From: Marsupella aquatica
Taxonomy: Eukaryota > Plantae > Marchantiophyta
Reading direction: 5' to 3'
DNA: 64,000 nucleotides
Assembly (NCBI GenBank): GCA_973895155.1
Contig: OZ316899.1
Coordinates: 5,211,241-5,275,240, forward strand
Shown: one piece after another, positions 62,323 to 64,000 of the stretch
Position numbering within the stretch: position 1 is the first letter of the stretch
Layout: every line of letters starts with the position of its first letter
Made by a program: the position numbers and the translations under genes
The notes under the pieces: model-generated
The model's database searches: none
Told to the model about the DNA's origin: nothing
Seen by the model: the letters and a program-made list of their open reading frames with translations, nothing else

Positions 62323-62525
62323 GTAAATCGATCCCATTGCTCATTCATTTAGTCATTGGGATTCATGTTGTTAACTTTATGCTCAATTTGGTCAAATTTC
62401 TTACGAAAGTTTATGATACGAGTACGATCTTTTGTTTCTCTTTTAATTAGTAGTAACAGAACTTTGTTCACATGATGTTGAATTGACGTTTTTGCCCTGG
62501 TATGTATTTTCACATTGTCATATAG
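62323..62525 (+). other. predicted GT-AG intron 1 in the transposase
   Basis: GAG|GTAAAT...CATATAG|GTG; splicing keeps the frame (WLEDTE|VEYFFK); AT-rich. Confidence 0.65.
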
Positions 62526-63723
62526 GTGGAATACTTCTTCAAGTTCTGAGATTGGTTGGAGAGTGAAGGGAAACGATACACAATTGGCTTGAGATCCTTT
62601 CAAGCAATGAAGCCTTATTTCATTTGAACTATGAAGGATAGGAACGTTTGTTGCTGTAAGCAACATGTAGAAATGCAATTGATTTGTAAAGCCTTTTTCA
62701 AGCAAAGGCAGACTTTGCATCCTACCGACTGTAGTTGTAGTTGTGGTGTTTGTATCCCTCAAGTTGTGATGCTTGGCCCTGTTGAAAGAGATGGAGCACC
62801 TCCTGTTATAGATTTACCTATAGAAGAGCCTGTAACATGCAAAGCCCACAAATGCTCACTACCTTCTACGAGAGCCTGGTGTGCTGGTACTTTATGCATG
62901 AAAACATAAATTGATGATCGTTGGTACCAAAGAAAGTGCTTGGTGGGCCTTTGTGAAGATTGTGGGCCTGACAGGTTGGATTTGTGTCCATGGGAAGAGA
63001 GGTTTGATCCTGCAGCATGTGTTACCTGGGAAACATATGAGTACGTGGTGCTTGATACTCTACCACAGCCACACAGAAGGAAGAAGAAAGCACATGTTAC
63101 TGATGATGGGCAGCCAGCAAAACCTAAGAAGAGGCTCCGGCTGGTGAAGAAAACCACATCAATGCAAGTTTTCTTGGAGAAGGTATACAGTACTGTAGGG
63201 GCTTTCATTAAACATGATTTCTATGCAAGATGGCAAGGAGAACAATACCAGAATTGCTTGAAGACGTTTCAGAAGGGTACAATCATTTCCTCCATAGATT
63301 TTGCCAAGAATTACACCTTTACAGTACATTGTTGAGGTGCAGAGTCTTCATTGGGACAATCGACAGATTACAATTCTTGTGCTGATCACATACCAACATC
63401 AGCACGATAAGGAGGAAGATGACCCCATTGTTTTTTACTCAAATGGTAAGAGAATTGCAAGGTTCATTGAAGCTGATTACCATTTCTTCATTTCTGACGA
63501 CAATAGTCATGACACCTTCTTTGTCCAGCATTGCTTGGACTTTCATTGGGAGTGGATGCAAGAGCAGGGTTTCCTTGTAAACAACCACATCATGTGGTCT
63601 GATGGGTGTGCGGCTCAATTCAAGGCTTGTCGGCCATTTTCGTATGTGGCCAAGTATTACCACAAATATAGAGCAAGGATGATGTGGTGTTTTCATGCCT
63701 CGGGGCATGGGAAAGGTGTACAG

Positions 63724-63893
63724 GTATATTTTTTCACTCTAACTAATTGGCAAGCCTAAGTTGTTTTATTTGTGCACTCTTCATTTATGCTTGATGTTTT
63801 TACATTTGCCCATGCATTTTGCATTAAGTTCTTGAGTTTGGTGATCTTACCATAATTTGTTTGGTACTGTCCTGCCCTTGTTTGATTGCACAG
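63724..63893 (+). other. predicted GT-AG intron 2 in the transposase
   Basis: CAG|GTATAT...GCACAG|GAT restores the motif GHGKGVQ|DGLGGGVK. Confidence 0.8.
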
Positions 63894-64000
63894 GATGGTC
63901 TTGGAGGTGGTGTGAAGAGTGCTCTTCAAAAGGAACAATTACGAACAGAAGGAGGGCATGCAATGGAGGGTGCAAAGGATGTTGTGGCATTCTTGAAGGA

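Larger units (their letters stand above)
61443..64000 (+). pseudogene. intron-containing DDE transposase pseudogene, Sola2-like; runs off the window
   Basis: Motifs KPYF..RNVCCCKQH, DFAKNYTF..EVQSLHW, FISDD..HD, WSDGCAAQFK and GHGKG..DGLGGGVK. Several stops. The superfamily call is from motif memory. Confidence 0.7.

Overview
This is a gene-free, deeply nested plant retrotransposon cluster. The element types suggest a non-seed plant such as a liverwort or moss (inference). From left to right: (1) a decayed Bianca-type Ty1/copia (1-4407); (2) an L1-type LINE on the minus strand, split by Athila-like Ty3/gypsy element A (9248-49158, TSD ACTAC); (3) inside A, a young LTR-int-LTR-int-LTR tandem of related element B (15662-37536, one TSD TGTAG, two intact ~1990-aa polyproteins) and a 4.1-kb solo LTR C (42946-47065, TSD GACGA); (4) truncated A-family LTRs D and E, copia remnants, a 5'-truncated LINE with a 13-bp TSD, and an intron-containing Sola2-like transposase pseudogene. 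The main unexpected signal is long protein-coding genes located inside LTRs. A-family LTRs carry a reconstructable ~875-aa ORF, seen in 3 copies plus a tail fragment, with synonymous-biased divergence. Solo LTR C shows no visible DNA similarity to A but carries a reconstructable 621-aa ORF with the same ~190-aa domain. All comparisons were made by eye; no searches were run.
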